Shown here piece after piece: positions 1 through 7,688 of a DNA stretch of 26,675 bases (positions are counted from its first letter, which is position 1; every line of letters begins with the position of its first letter). Origin of the DNA: Vulcanimicrobiaceae bacterium (GTDB lineage Bacteria > Vulcanimicrobiota > Vulcanimicrobiia > Vulcanimicrobiales > Vulcanimicrobiaceae); contig JBHEMM010000035.1 in NCBI GenBank assembly GCA_046262595.1, forward strand, positions 1 through 26,675, given 5' to 3'. The translations under genes were made by a program, and so were the position numbers. Below the pieces are notes generated by a model. It was not told where the DNA came from and made no database searches. It saw only the letters and a list, made by a program, of their open reading frames with translations.

Positions 1-550
1 TGTCGGCGCGCTCCGCGTTGGAGATTTCGTCGTCGCCCAGCTCGAGCAGCAAGTCCGCAAATCCGGAAACGGCGGTAAGGGGACCGCCGAAATCGTGCGC
101 AAGCATGGCGATCAGGTCGCTGCGGAACTTCGAGAGCTCCTCGATCTGCTCCAATTGCCGCCGCGACTGCGTGATGTCGGAGCCAATCGCAATCCAATGC
201 GTCGGCGCGCCTTCAACGTGCAGCACACGCCCCCGAAACCGTGCCCACATGATCGATCCATCGCGGCAGTAGGCGGCGTATTCGCCGCCGCATTCACGGT
301 GTTCGAGAACGCTGGTCCGCAACTCGCGGATAGCGCGCTTGTCGGTTTGCGGCCCCCAGAACATCGCGGTGTTTCGTCCAATGACCTCCGCTTCTGCATA
401 GCCGAAAGCGTCCAACATCGCCCGATTCATGTAGACGATCAACGGGCCGCCGTCCGCCGGCGGCGTCATGTCCGCCAGGTAAACGAACTCCGTCGCCGCT
501 TCATCGATCGCGCTGCTGAGGGCGTCCCGCATTGCGGCTGAAATACTCAT
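1..550 (-). CDS. PAS/PAC-domain sensor histidine kinase, N-terminal part (runs off window start)
   Basis: Not in the ORF track. Manual translation from ATG 550 is open to the window edge: MSISAAMRDAL...PLIVYMNRAMLDAFGYAEAEVIGRNTAMFWGPQTD (PAS), YCRDGSIMW...GSDITQ (PAC, DIT motif), then LIAMLAHDFGGPLTAVSGFADLL (HisKA H-box). Confidence 0.9.
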   Translation of the reverse strand, partial: MSISAAMRDALSSAIDEAATEFVYLADMTPPADGGPLIVYMNRAMLDAFGYAEAEVIGRNTAMFWGPQTDKRAIRELRTSVLEHRECGGEYAAYCRDGSIMWARFRGRVLHVEGAPTHWIAIGSDITQSRRQLEQIEELSKFRSDLIAMLAHDFGGPLTAVSGFADLLLELGDDEISNAERAD

Positions 551-620
551 ACCGGATCATTATCGGCCGCCCGGCACCTTTCCAACGGCTCTCCTATTAG
601 AAGCGGCGGCCGCCTGCTTG

Positions 621-1421
621 TTATGGCAGCGCGAAGAAGAATCCGGCGCCGACGGAGATCCGTGAATAAATTCGCGCAGCGTTCGTGCGATCGAGCGTCC
701 CGTATAGCAGATCGATGTGGTAACCCCGCGCCGTTCCGGTCCAATGCTTTACAGACAGCGACGTGGTGTATTCGCGTTCGCCGATAAGCGTCGGGTTCAA
801 GGGAGTGATGAGCGAGACGTCGCTTTCGCCTCCGGTTCCCGCACGAAACGTTTCCGTCGTTCGCCCGGGATGCCCGAGCGCGAGCGCGAAGGTATAGCCT
901 TGCGCGGCGCCCAGAAGCTTTGACCACGATGGCATGTACCGGAATGACGCGTAGTCATCGCCGAAATAATAAAATGCTCCGGCGTCCAGCTGCTGCGTTG
1001 CGCCGATCCCGTAGCCGCTCCCGAGCGATCCGCCGATGAACGGCACCCAATGGCGCCCGACTTTTACGTCGGTTTCTAGCGTAAAACGGTCGCGGGCATA
1101 TGGCGCGCCGCTGCCAAACGACGCGGCGGCATAGAGCGTAATCGCTTTTGAAAAAGCACGGGATGCATCGAGCCCAAGCAACTGGCGGGTGCTTGAATTG
1201 AAGCGATCGGCTGATCGGCGGTTTTCGAAGTGCACGCCGACCTCGCCGTCCGGCGGCAACTGCACATCGAGATCTTCGAAGGTCCACGGGCCGTAGACGT
1301 TCGACGGCGAAGAAAGCGACGAGGCCGACGTTGAAATATCAACCGAACCGGCCGCAGCGCCATGCGCGGTGTCGGCAAGGATCCATACGCACAACGAGAG
1401 CACGGCGAGCACGACACGCAT
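621..1421 (-). CDS. YaiO-like outer-membrane beta-barrel protein
   Basis: Start reassigned to ATG 1421, which gives a Sec-type signal peptide (MRVVLAVLSLCVWILADTAHG/A). Mature part has alternating, aromatic-rich beta strands (AGAFYYFGDDYASFRY, YTTSLSVKHW, YSRISVGAGFFF). Context next to HEAT and GT2 genes fits the YaiO family. Confidence 0.65.
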   Translation of the reverse strand: MRVVLAVLSLCVWILADTAHGAAAGSVDISTSASSLSSPSNVYGPWTFEDLDVQLPPDGEVGVHFENRRSADRFNSSTRQLLGLDASRAFSKAITLYAAASFGSGAPYARDRFTLETDVKVGRHWVPFIGGSLGSGYGIGATQQLDAGAFYYFGDDYASFRYMPSWSKLLGAAQGYTFALALGHPGRTTETFRAGTGGESDVSLITPLNPTLIGEREYTTSLSVKHWTGTARGYHIDLLYGTLDRTNAARIYSRISVGAGFFFALP

Positions 1422-1827
1422 GCCGGAGGTAGTTATTCGCGACTCCGAAGACTCCGCCCCGGCACGGCCGTTCGTGATTGTGGCAGACGACGACCCCGTC
1501 GTGCGCCGGCTTTTGGAGGTTACGGTAAGGAACGCCGGCTGCGACGTGGCGACGGCAAAAAACGGCGATGAGGCGCTCGAGCTCATGGCCGGCAAGCAGC
1601 CGGTCCTCGCCATCCTGGACGTTTCCATGCCGTTCCGTTCCGGGTTGGAAGTTGCGCGCGAGCTGCGCGCACGCGGCCAAAGCGTACCGATTATCTTTTT
1701 GACCTCACACACCCAAGAACAGGACGTACTCGAGGGCTTCCTTTCCGGAGCGGTCGACTACGTCTTCAAACCGTTTTCGCCGCGCGAACTGCAAGCGCGG
1801 ATTAAAGCCATGCTCTTGCGATCGTGA
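1420..1827 (+). CDS. Single-domain response regulator (receiver only)
   Basis: VIVADDD, phospho-acceptor ILDVSMP, IIFLT and KPF motifs. Ends at ELQARIKAMLLRS with no output domain. Start (ATG 1420) is uncertain. Confidence 0.92.
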   Translation: MPEVVIRDSEDSAPARPFVIVADDDPVVRRLLEVTVRNAGCDVATAKNGDEALELMAGKQPVLAILDVSMPFRSGLEVARELRARGQSVPIIFLTSHTQEQDVLEGFLSGAVDYVFKPFSPRELQARIKAMLLRS

Positions 1828-2876
1828 ACGCCCATCAGCTTCTTACGCCGGAGGCGCTCCCGCTTGCGCTTGCAGCCGCAGCGGGCGCGAACCTGCTGCT
1901 GATCGCACTCATCGTGTGCAACAAAATTGCCCGCGACCGCCGCGAGATCCGAGCCGGCACGGTGAGAACCAGCGTAATCAACGATGTCGTTTCACTGCTG
2001 GAAGGCGACCGTGAGGACGTTGTTCTGCCGCCGCCACGCCATCACGATGCGGTTGTTGCTCTCGATGCGGTGCTGAGCGTGCTCGAAGCGATCAAGGGCG
2101 ACTCTGAAGCGGTGCTCGTCACGTTGCTCGAGCAAAGCGGATATATCGGCACGCTCGCTCAGCGCGCGCGCAGCCGCGATCCGGTGCGGCGCTGCGCAAG
2201 CGCGATGCTTTTGGGCGCGGCGCGTTCCGCGCAGGGCGCCGCCGTTTTGTTCGAGTTGCTCGAAAACGATCCGGCTCCCGAGGTGCGCACGATCGCCGCA
2301 GAAGCGCTGGGCTCGATCGGCGATCCGCGCAGCGTTCCGCTGATCATGAAGGCGCTCGCACACGCCGCTCCCTTTCAGCAGCTGCGGCTTGCGGGCGTTC
2401 TCGTGGCGATGGGTGCGGCAGCGGCGCCATTCTTGGAACATGCGCTCCGCGAGCCGGGCGAAATGCCGATCACACTTGTGTTGGAGGCGCTCTCGGAGAT
2501 CGGGCTGCTCGAAGATGCGCAGCCCGTGCTGACACTGCTCCGGCACGCCTCGCCTGAAGTTCGCGGGCGCGCCGCGACGCTCTTAGGCGCAGCGGGCGTT
2601 GTGGACAGCGTTCCGGATCTCGCCTTCGCGTCTCGCGACGCCTTTTGGTTCGTGCGGTTGCGTATCGCGAAGGCGCTCGGCGCGCTGGGCGTACCGGACC
2701 GAGAGCCGGCATACGCGGCGTACTTCGCCGTGCTCCAACATTTGCTCCTCGACGACAACTGGCACGTGCGGCGCAACGCCGCAGCGGCGCTTGCGCCCGC
2801 CGGGGCGCAAGGGGAAGCGATCCTTCGCAGCGACGGATCGGCTTTCGCACGCGCGGCGCTGCAGCAACTCCGATGA
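1824..2876 (+). CDS. Membrane-anchored HEAT/PBS-lyase-like repeat protein
   Basis: N-terminal hydrophobic helix, then repeated D..PEVR..AAEALG-type units (DPVRRCASAMLLG, DPAPEVRTIAAEALG, HASPEVRGRAATLLG, DAFWFVRLRIAKALG, DDNWHVRRNAAAALA). GTGA overlap with the regulator stop. Confidence 0.88.
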   Translation: MNAHQLLTPEALPLALAAAAGANLLLIALIVCNKIARDRREIRAGTVRTSVINDVVSLLEGDREDVVLPPPRHHDAVVALDAVLSVLEAIKGDSEAVLVTLLEQSGYIGTLAQRARSRDPVRRCASAMLLGAARSAQGAAVLFELLENDPAPEVRTIAAEALGSIGDPRSVPLIMKALAHAAPFQQLRLAGVLVAMGAAAAPFLEHALREPGEMPITLVLEALSEIGLLEDAQPVLTLLRHASPEVRGRAATLLGAAGVVDSVPDLAFASRDAFWFVRLRIAKALGALGVPDREPAYAAYFAVLQHLLLDDNWHVRRNAAAALAPAGAQGEAILRSDGSAFARAALQQLR

Positions 2877-4282
2877 GCCTCGTTCATCACGTGTTCAACG
2901 CGTTTTCGTGGTTTGCGATTGCGTACACGTTTTTCGTTGACGCAACGTACTACCTGTTTACCATCATGGCGTTCTTTGCGCTGCACCGGCACATCCACAC
3001 GAGGACGCGCGAACGGCTCGAACGCATTTTTCGCTCACGCCTCGTGCCGCCCATATCGATCGTTCTGCCGGCATGGAATGAGGAGGCCACGGTCGTCGAT
3101 TCCGTCCGCGGCATGCTGCGGCAACTGTACTCGCAGTACGAGCTGATCGTGGTGAACGATGGCAGCACCGACGGTACGCTCGCGCGCCTGACCGAGGCGT
3201 TCCGTCTGGAGCGGATCGAGAAAACCTATACGGACGACATTGCGACCGCTCCGGTTCGCGCGGTGTACTCGTCCTACGAATACACGCGCCTAACCGTTGT
3301 CGACAAGTTGAACGGCGGCTCAAAGGCTGACGCGATCAACGCCGGCATCAATGCGTCGAGCTATCCGCTCTTCTGCGCGTGCGACGCAGATTCGCTGCTG
3401 GAGGAAGACGGGCTGCTGCAGCTCGCGGTTCCGATGCTCGATCGCTCAGGTTTCGTCCCTGCGAGCGCCGGGGTCGTGCGGGCGGCGAACGGCTCTCGCG
3501 TTGCCAGGGGAACGCTTTACGACATTGCGCTTCCACGCCGTCCGATCGAGATATATCAGATCATCGAATATTTGCGCTCGTTCTTGGCCGGACGAACCGC
3601 GCAATCGTCCATGAACATCATGCTGATCGTTTCAGGGGCTTTCGGACTGTTTAACAAAGCGATCGTCAAAGAGGTCGGCGGGTACAACGGCAACGCACTG
3701 GGCGAAGACTTCGAACTGATCGTGCGCATCACCAAGCATTTGCACGAGCAGGGCTCGCCCTTCGAGGTTGTTTTCGTTCCGCAAACCGTTTGCTGGACGA
3801 TGGTACCGCACGATTACGCGACGCTGGGCCGGCAACGCGCGCGATGGCATCGCGGGCTGCTGCAGACCTTGTTGTGGAACCGCGACATGGTCTTCAGCCC
3901 TGCCTACGGCCGCACGGGGATCGTCGGCATGGGGACGCTGCTCTTGATTGAAGTGCTCGGTCCGCTCGTGGAATGCTTGGGCTACATCATGCTGCCGGTC
4001 GCGGCGTTGATCCACGCGATAGCGCCGTGGACGGCGGTGCTGTTTTTCCTGATCTCGGTTTTTGGTGGAACGCTGCTTTCTTTGAGCGCACTGCTGCTCG
4101 AGGAGCGTTCGTTTCAGCGGTACAAACGTCCGCGCGAGTTGGAGCGCCTGATATTCTATGCGATATTCGAGAACTTCGGTTACCGGCAGCTCACGCTCTG
4201 GTGGCGCACGAAAGCGTCATTGCTGTTTCTGACGAACCGCCGGAGCAGTTGGGGTGAAATGAGCCGCAAATCGTTTTCCTAG
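2873..4282 (+). CDS. Processive family-2 glycosyltransferase (PgaC/IcaA/cellulose-synthase-like)
   Basis: Start ATG 2873 (ATGA overlap with the HEAT gene). D,D,D,QxxRW signature: NDGSTD, CDADS, GEDFE, RQRARW, plus KADAIN. One N-terminal and several C-terminal TM helices. Confidence 0.92.
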   Translation: MSLVHHVFNAFSWFAIAYTFFVDATYYLFTIMAFFALHRHIHTRTRERLERIFRSRLVPPISIVLPAWNEEATVVDSVRGMLRQLYSQYELIVVNDGSTDGTLARLTEAFRLERIEKTYTDDIATAPVRAVYSSYEYTRLTVVDKLNGGSKADAINAGINASSYPLFCACDADSLLEEDGLLQLAVPMLDRSGFVPASAGVVRAANGSRVARGTLYDIALPRRPIEIYQIIEYLRSFLAGRTAQSSMNIMLIVSGAFGLFNKAIVKEVGGYNGNALGEDFELIVRITKHLHEQGSPFEVVFVPQTVCWTMVPHDYATLGRQRARWHRGLLQTLLWNRDMVFSPAYGRTGIVGMGTLLLIEVLGPLVECLGYIMLPVAALIHAIAPWTAVLFFLISVFGGTLLSLSALLLEERSFQRYKRPRELERLIFYAIFENFGYRQLTLWWRTKASLLFLTNRRSSWGEMSRKSFS

Positions 4283-4285
4283 CGC

Positions 4286-4690
4286 TTACTGCCCCGTAAT
4301 CATCCATTCCGTTCCGAACTGATCGACGACCGAGCCGAATTTGCCGCCCCAAAATGCATCGGCGAACGGCACCTTGATGCTCCCGCCTTGACTGAGCGCG
4401 TTGAAAACGCGCTCCGCCTGCGCCTCAGCGGAAATGGCGAGGCAAAGCGATACGTTGCCCGCGTCCGGGTCGACGCTTTTGGAGAGGTCCCCGTCGGAGG
4501 CCATCAGGGTAAAGCCGTCGCCTTTGAATGTGGCGTGCATGATTTTGCTGCGCAGATGCTCGGGAAGTTGCTCGGCCATAGGCGAGCCTTCAAAGCGGTT
4601 CAGTTCGTACGTGCCGCCGATCGCACTTTTGTAAAAATCGAGCGCTTCTTCGCAGCGGCCGTAAAAGTAGACGTAAGGTTCGAGGTGCAT
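4286..4690 (-). CDS. VOC/glyoxalase superfamily protein (PhnB-like)
   Basis: From ATG 4690: MHLEPYVYFYGRCEEALDFY...IMHATF...LMASD...AFWGGKFGSVVDQFGTEWMI, the PhnB/YjdN pattern. Confidence 0.9.
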   Translation of the reverse strand: MHLEPYVYFYGRCEEALDFYKSAIGGTYELNRFEGSPMAEQLPEHLRSKIMHATFKGDGFTLMASDGDLSKSVDPDAGNVSLCLAISAEAQAERVFNALSQGGSIKVPFADAFWGGKFGSVVDQFGTEWMITGQ

Positions 4691-4796
4691 GTAAAATGTG
4701 TTCAGCGCGCTTTCGGGCGTCCCTTTGCGGCCGGGCCGGTAAGAGCCGCCTCCCGCCGCGACGGGGTTTCCATGCGCAACGCCCAAAAAGAATCGC

Positions 4797-5342
4797 ATGA
4801 GATTGCCCGACGTTATCGCCACGCATCGCTTGCGCGGACGCCGCATGACGCAGGGCGACTTGCCGTATCTCATCGAGACCGACAGCGATCCCGCCATTCA
4901 GATGCCGATCTTCGGGCGTGTCCACACGCCTGACGAATCGCAGGCGCGCATGCAGCGGTGGCTGGACGTCGATCGGGAGCACGGCCTGGGCTTTTATCTC
5001 TTCAATGCTCCGGGCGCGGAACGCATCGGTCACGCCGGCCTGTTTCCGTCAAAGATGTCGCCCGGCGACGTCGAGGTGGGCTATGCGCTCAAGCCCGCGT
5101 TTTGGGGCTGCGGATACGCAACAGAAATGACCCTGGCCTTTTTGCATCTTGCATTCGAAACGCTCCGCGTCGAGCGCGTGATCGGTGTCACGCGTTCGAA
5201 AAACACGGGCTCGCGCCATGTCATGGAGAAGGCCGGCATGCTTTTCGATGCACCGCTGGACGCGGGAAGCGCCGGCCCGGCGGTGCGTTACGCAATCGAT
5301 CGGGAACGCTTTTGCTTGCGCAACGCGACGCACAGCGCATAA
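4797..5342 (+). CDS. GNAT N-acetyltransferase (RimJ/RimL-like)
   Basis: IATHRLRGR, IGHAGL, VEVGYALKPAFWGCGYATE (acetyl-CoA loop), NTGSRHVMEKAGM. Confidence 0.9.
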   Translation: MRLPDVIATHRLRGRRMTQGDLPYLIETDSDPAIQMPIFGRVHTPDESQARMQRWLDVDREHGLGFYLFNAPGAERIGHAGLFPSKMSPGDVEVGYALKPAFWGCGYATEMTLAFLHLAFETLRVERVIGVTRSKNTGSRHVMEKAGMLFDAPLDAGSAGPAVRYAIDRERFCLRNATHSA

Positions 5343-5352
5343 TCGCCGAACG

Positions 5353-6540
5353 CTAGCGTGACGAGCGCGGCAGCGTTATGCGTTCGAGCGCAAGCCATTC
5401 TGCCATCGCGGCAAGGTCCTCACGCAGGCGCGGCAGCACGGTACGCTTCGGACGACCCGGCTCGTAATGAACCGCTTGCACAAGCAGCGCCGAATTCGCG
5501 CGGTCGGCTTTGAGGTCCACACGCGCCGAGAGCCTTCCATCCAACAGATATGGCAGCACGTAATACCCGTGTACGCGCTTATGGGCGGGCGTATAAATTT
5601 CGATCCGGTAATGGAAATTGAATAAGCGGTGCGTGCGTTCGCGGTTCCAGACCAGCGAATCGAACGGTGAAACCAAAGCGGTCGCATCGATCGCTCGGGG
5701 TATCCGCGCATCGCGATGCAGATACGCCTGCGCCTTCCATCCCTCGACGCCGACCCGCAGGAGCGTTCCTCGTTCCGCAAGCGCAGCGACGGCAGTTCGC
5801 GCCGCGAGCAGCGGCAGACGGAAGTAATCGCGCAGATCCGCTTCGGTCGAGATGCCGAACGCACGCGCGGCGCGATCGACCAGGTGCGCAAACGCTTCTT
5901 CCTCGGTGACACGGCTTTCGAGCAGGGGGGCCGGAATCACGCGCTGCGTGAGATCGTAGGTACGCTCAAAACTCGTGCGGCGCCCAACGGGCGTGAGTTC
6001 GCCGCACCAATACAAAAACTCAACGGCACGTTTCGTATCGCTCCAGCCCCACCAGCTCTCGCGGTTCTTCGCACCCGTGAAGTCGCTTGCACCCAGTGGC
6101 CCGCGCTCTTCAAATGCCGCGCGAATGCGTTGAATCAGCGCGCGCTCTTCGCGTCCGACGCGAGCGACGTTCGCCCACATGCCTTTGCCCGCTCGGGCCT
6201 GTTCCATGCGCCACCGCATGAACGGAAAGAGTTCGATGGGCAGATACGACGCCTCGTGGCCCCAATATTCGAAGACGCGCCGCGGCTTGCCGTACGCTAC
6301 CCCGTCCAGCAGGGCGCGATCGTAGGCGCCCATGCGCGAGAATGCGGGCAGGTAGTGGGAACGCACGAGCACGTTCACCGAGTCGATCTGCAGCGCACCC
6401 AGCCGGCGGATAAGGCCGCGCACGGCGGCGGCGCCGGGGGCTTGGGCGGCGCCGGCTTGCGCGCCGTTCCCAAAGCCCTGGGCCCGCAACGCGATTGCGC
6501 GCGCTTGGCCGATGGAAAGCCGCGCCCGCCGGTCCGACAT
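5353..6540 (-). CDS. YcaQ/AlkZ-family DNA crosslink repair glycosylase (winged-helix)
   Basis: LQIDSVNVLVRSHYL (QxD motif), FEYWGHEAS, WWGWSDTK, LVSPFDSLVWNRER, FHYRIEIYTPAHKRVHGYYVLP. Start placed at ATG 6540. Confidence 0.9.
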   Translation of the reverse strand: MSDRRARLSIGQARAIALRAQGFGNGAQAGAAQAPGAAAVRGLIRRLGALQIDSVNVLVRSHYLPAFSRMGAYDRALLDGVAYGKPRRVFEYWGHEASYLPIELFPFMRWRMEQARAGKGMWANVARVGREERALIQRIRAAFEERGPLGASDFTGAKNRESWWGWSDTKRAVEFLYWCGELTPVGRRTSFERTYDLTQRVIPAPLLESRVTEEEAFAHLVDRAARAFGISTEADLRDYFRLPLLAARTAVAALAERGTLLRVGVEGWKAQAYLHRDARIPRAIDATALVSPFDSLVWNRERTHRLFNFHYRIEIYTPAHKRVHGYYVLPYLLDGRLSARVDLKADRANSALLVQAVHYEPGRPKRTVLPRLREDLAAMAEWLALERITLPRSSR

Positions 6541-6612
6541 CGGGACGGCGCATTTCCTCAAAAGCCGTGCGCCCCTTCATCCGCGGCGCCCTCTGGCGCG
6601 TTTAATGAGGGT

Positions 6613-7179
6613 ATGAGAATCTTCCACGTTTCCTTGCTTGTGGCGTTGCAGCACGCGGTCTTCGCCGGCGGATGTTTTTGGGGCATGCAGGCCGTCTTTA
6701 ACGAACTGCGCGGCGTGAGCGCGGTCGCCGGTTACGCCGGGGGAAGCGCTTCGACTGCACATTACGAAACGGTGAGCACCGGGGAAACAGGGCACGCCGA
6801 ATCCGTGGACCTCACCTACGACCCGGCGAAGATCTCGTTCGATCAGTTACTCGACGTCTATTTCCTTGTTGCTCACGATCCCACGCAGCTGGACCGCCAA
6901 GGGCCTGACGAGGGCACGCAATACCGTTCGGAGATTTTCTACACGACCAGCGCGCAGCGCGAGCTGGCGAAGGCGAAAATTGCCGCGCTAGAGCGCCGTC
7001 ACGCGTTCGGCGCACCGATTGTGACGAAAGTTGCACCGCTCCCAGCGTTCTTCCGCGCCGAGGATTATCACCAAGACTATGTCGCACACAACCCATGGCA
7101 GCCGTACGTGATGATCAACGACAAGCCGAAGCTGACGAACCTGCGCCGCGAGTTTCCGCAGCTCCTTAAACGAGGGTAA
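6613..7179 (+). CDS. msrA: Peptide methionine-S-sulfoxide reductase MsrA
   Basis: FAGGCFWG, GYAGG, TGHAE, HDPTQLDRQGPDEGTQYRS, AEDYHQDY. True start ATG 6613; the upstream part of the 5716 ORF is antisense to the ycaQ-like gene. Confidence 0.95.
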   Translation: MRIFHVSLLVALQHAVFAGGCFWGMQAVFNELRGVSAVAGYAGGSASTAHYETVSTGETGHAESVDLTYDPAKISFDQLLDVYFLVAHDPTQLDRQGPDEGTQYRSEIFYTTSAQRELAKAKIAALERRHAFGAPIVTKVAPLPAFFRAEDYHQDYVAHNPWQPYVMINDKPKLTNLRREFPQLLKRG

Positions 7180-7642
7180 CGTGTTGCGGGTCGGCGCGAC
7201 CCACAACGTCGCCGCGTTCCGTCTTCAGAACAACGTACGCGATATCCGGGCCGTGCGGGCACATTTTCGCCGCCCACGTGCTTCGCGCCGCCGTTAACAC
7301 CTCTTGCTTGTGCGCGTTCGGCAGCGTTCGCCATACGACGGAATCCATAACCAAAAGCAGCTCTTTATGCTCGACGTTCATCGCCCCGACGCGCACCGAA
7401 CGCACGAGCCCTTGCGGACCGTATTGAATCTCTAGGCCTTCCACGGTATGCGCCTGCGGCCGCGTGATGTTCACGACGCCGGTCACCACCGGAACGCCTT
7501 GCGCCTTTTGCGGGGCTTCCACAGGCCGGTTCGCTGCCTGTATGTCCTTGCGGCGGCTGGCAACTTGAAAGCACCCCAGGACGATGAGGCCAGCGGCGCA
7601 TGCCGCCGCGAGGAACCAGAGGACCAAGAATAAAGGGGCCAC
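7166..7642 (-). CDS. Hypothetical protein with N-terminal membrane anchor
   Basis: GTG 7642 gives a hydrophobic segment (APLFLVLWFLAAACAAGLIVLGCF) followed by a soluble domain. Fills the gap between the MFS fusion and msrA. Confidence 0.65.
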   Translation of the reverse strand: MAPLFLVLWFLAAACAAGLIVLGCFQVASRRKDIQAANRPVEAPQKAQGVPVVTGVVNITRPQAHTVEGLEIQYGPQGLVRSVRVGAMNVEHKELLLVMDSVVWRTLPNAHKQEVLTAARSTWAAKMCPHGPDIAYVVLKTERGDVVGRADPQHVTLV

Positions 7643-7688
7643 GTTCTTGTGTACCCGAGCCTTCGCGAAGCTTACTCGGCCATGCGGC

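Noticed and set aside
1422..1712. N-terminal extension of the barrel ORF (track start 1712)
   Set aside because: Antisense to the response regulator. The signal peptide starts at ATG 1421.
2645..2872. N-terminal extension of the GT2 ORF
   Set aside because: Overlaps the HEAT gene in another frame. The ATGA-coupled start at 2873 is far more plausible.
5716..6612. Apparent 299-aa N-terminal extension of MsrA in the ORF track
   Set aside because: It is the antisense shadow of the ycaQ-like gene, Arg-rich and without motifs. MsrA homology begins at 6613.
7655..7679. Imperfect hairpin around CTTCGCGAAG between the MFS fusion and the next gene
   Set aside because: Short and bulged with no U-tract; not distinguishable from chance at this GC content.
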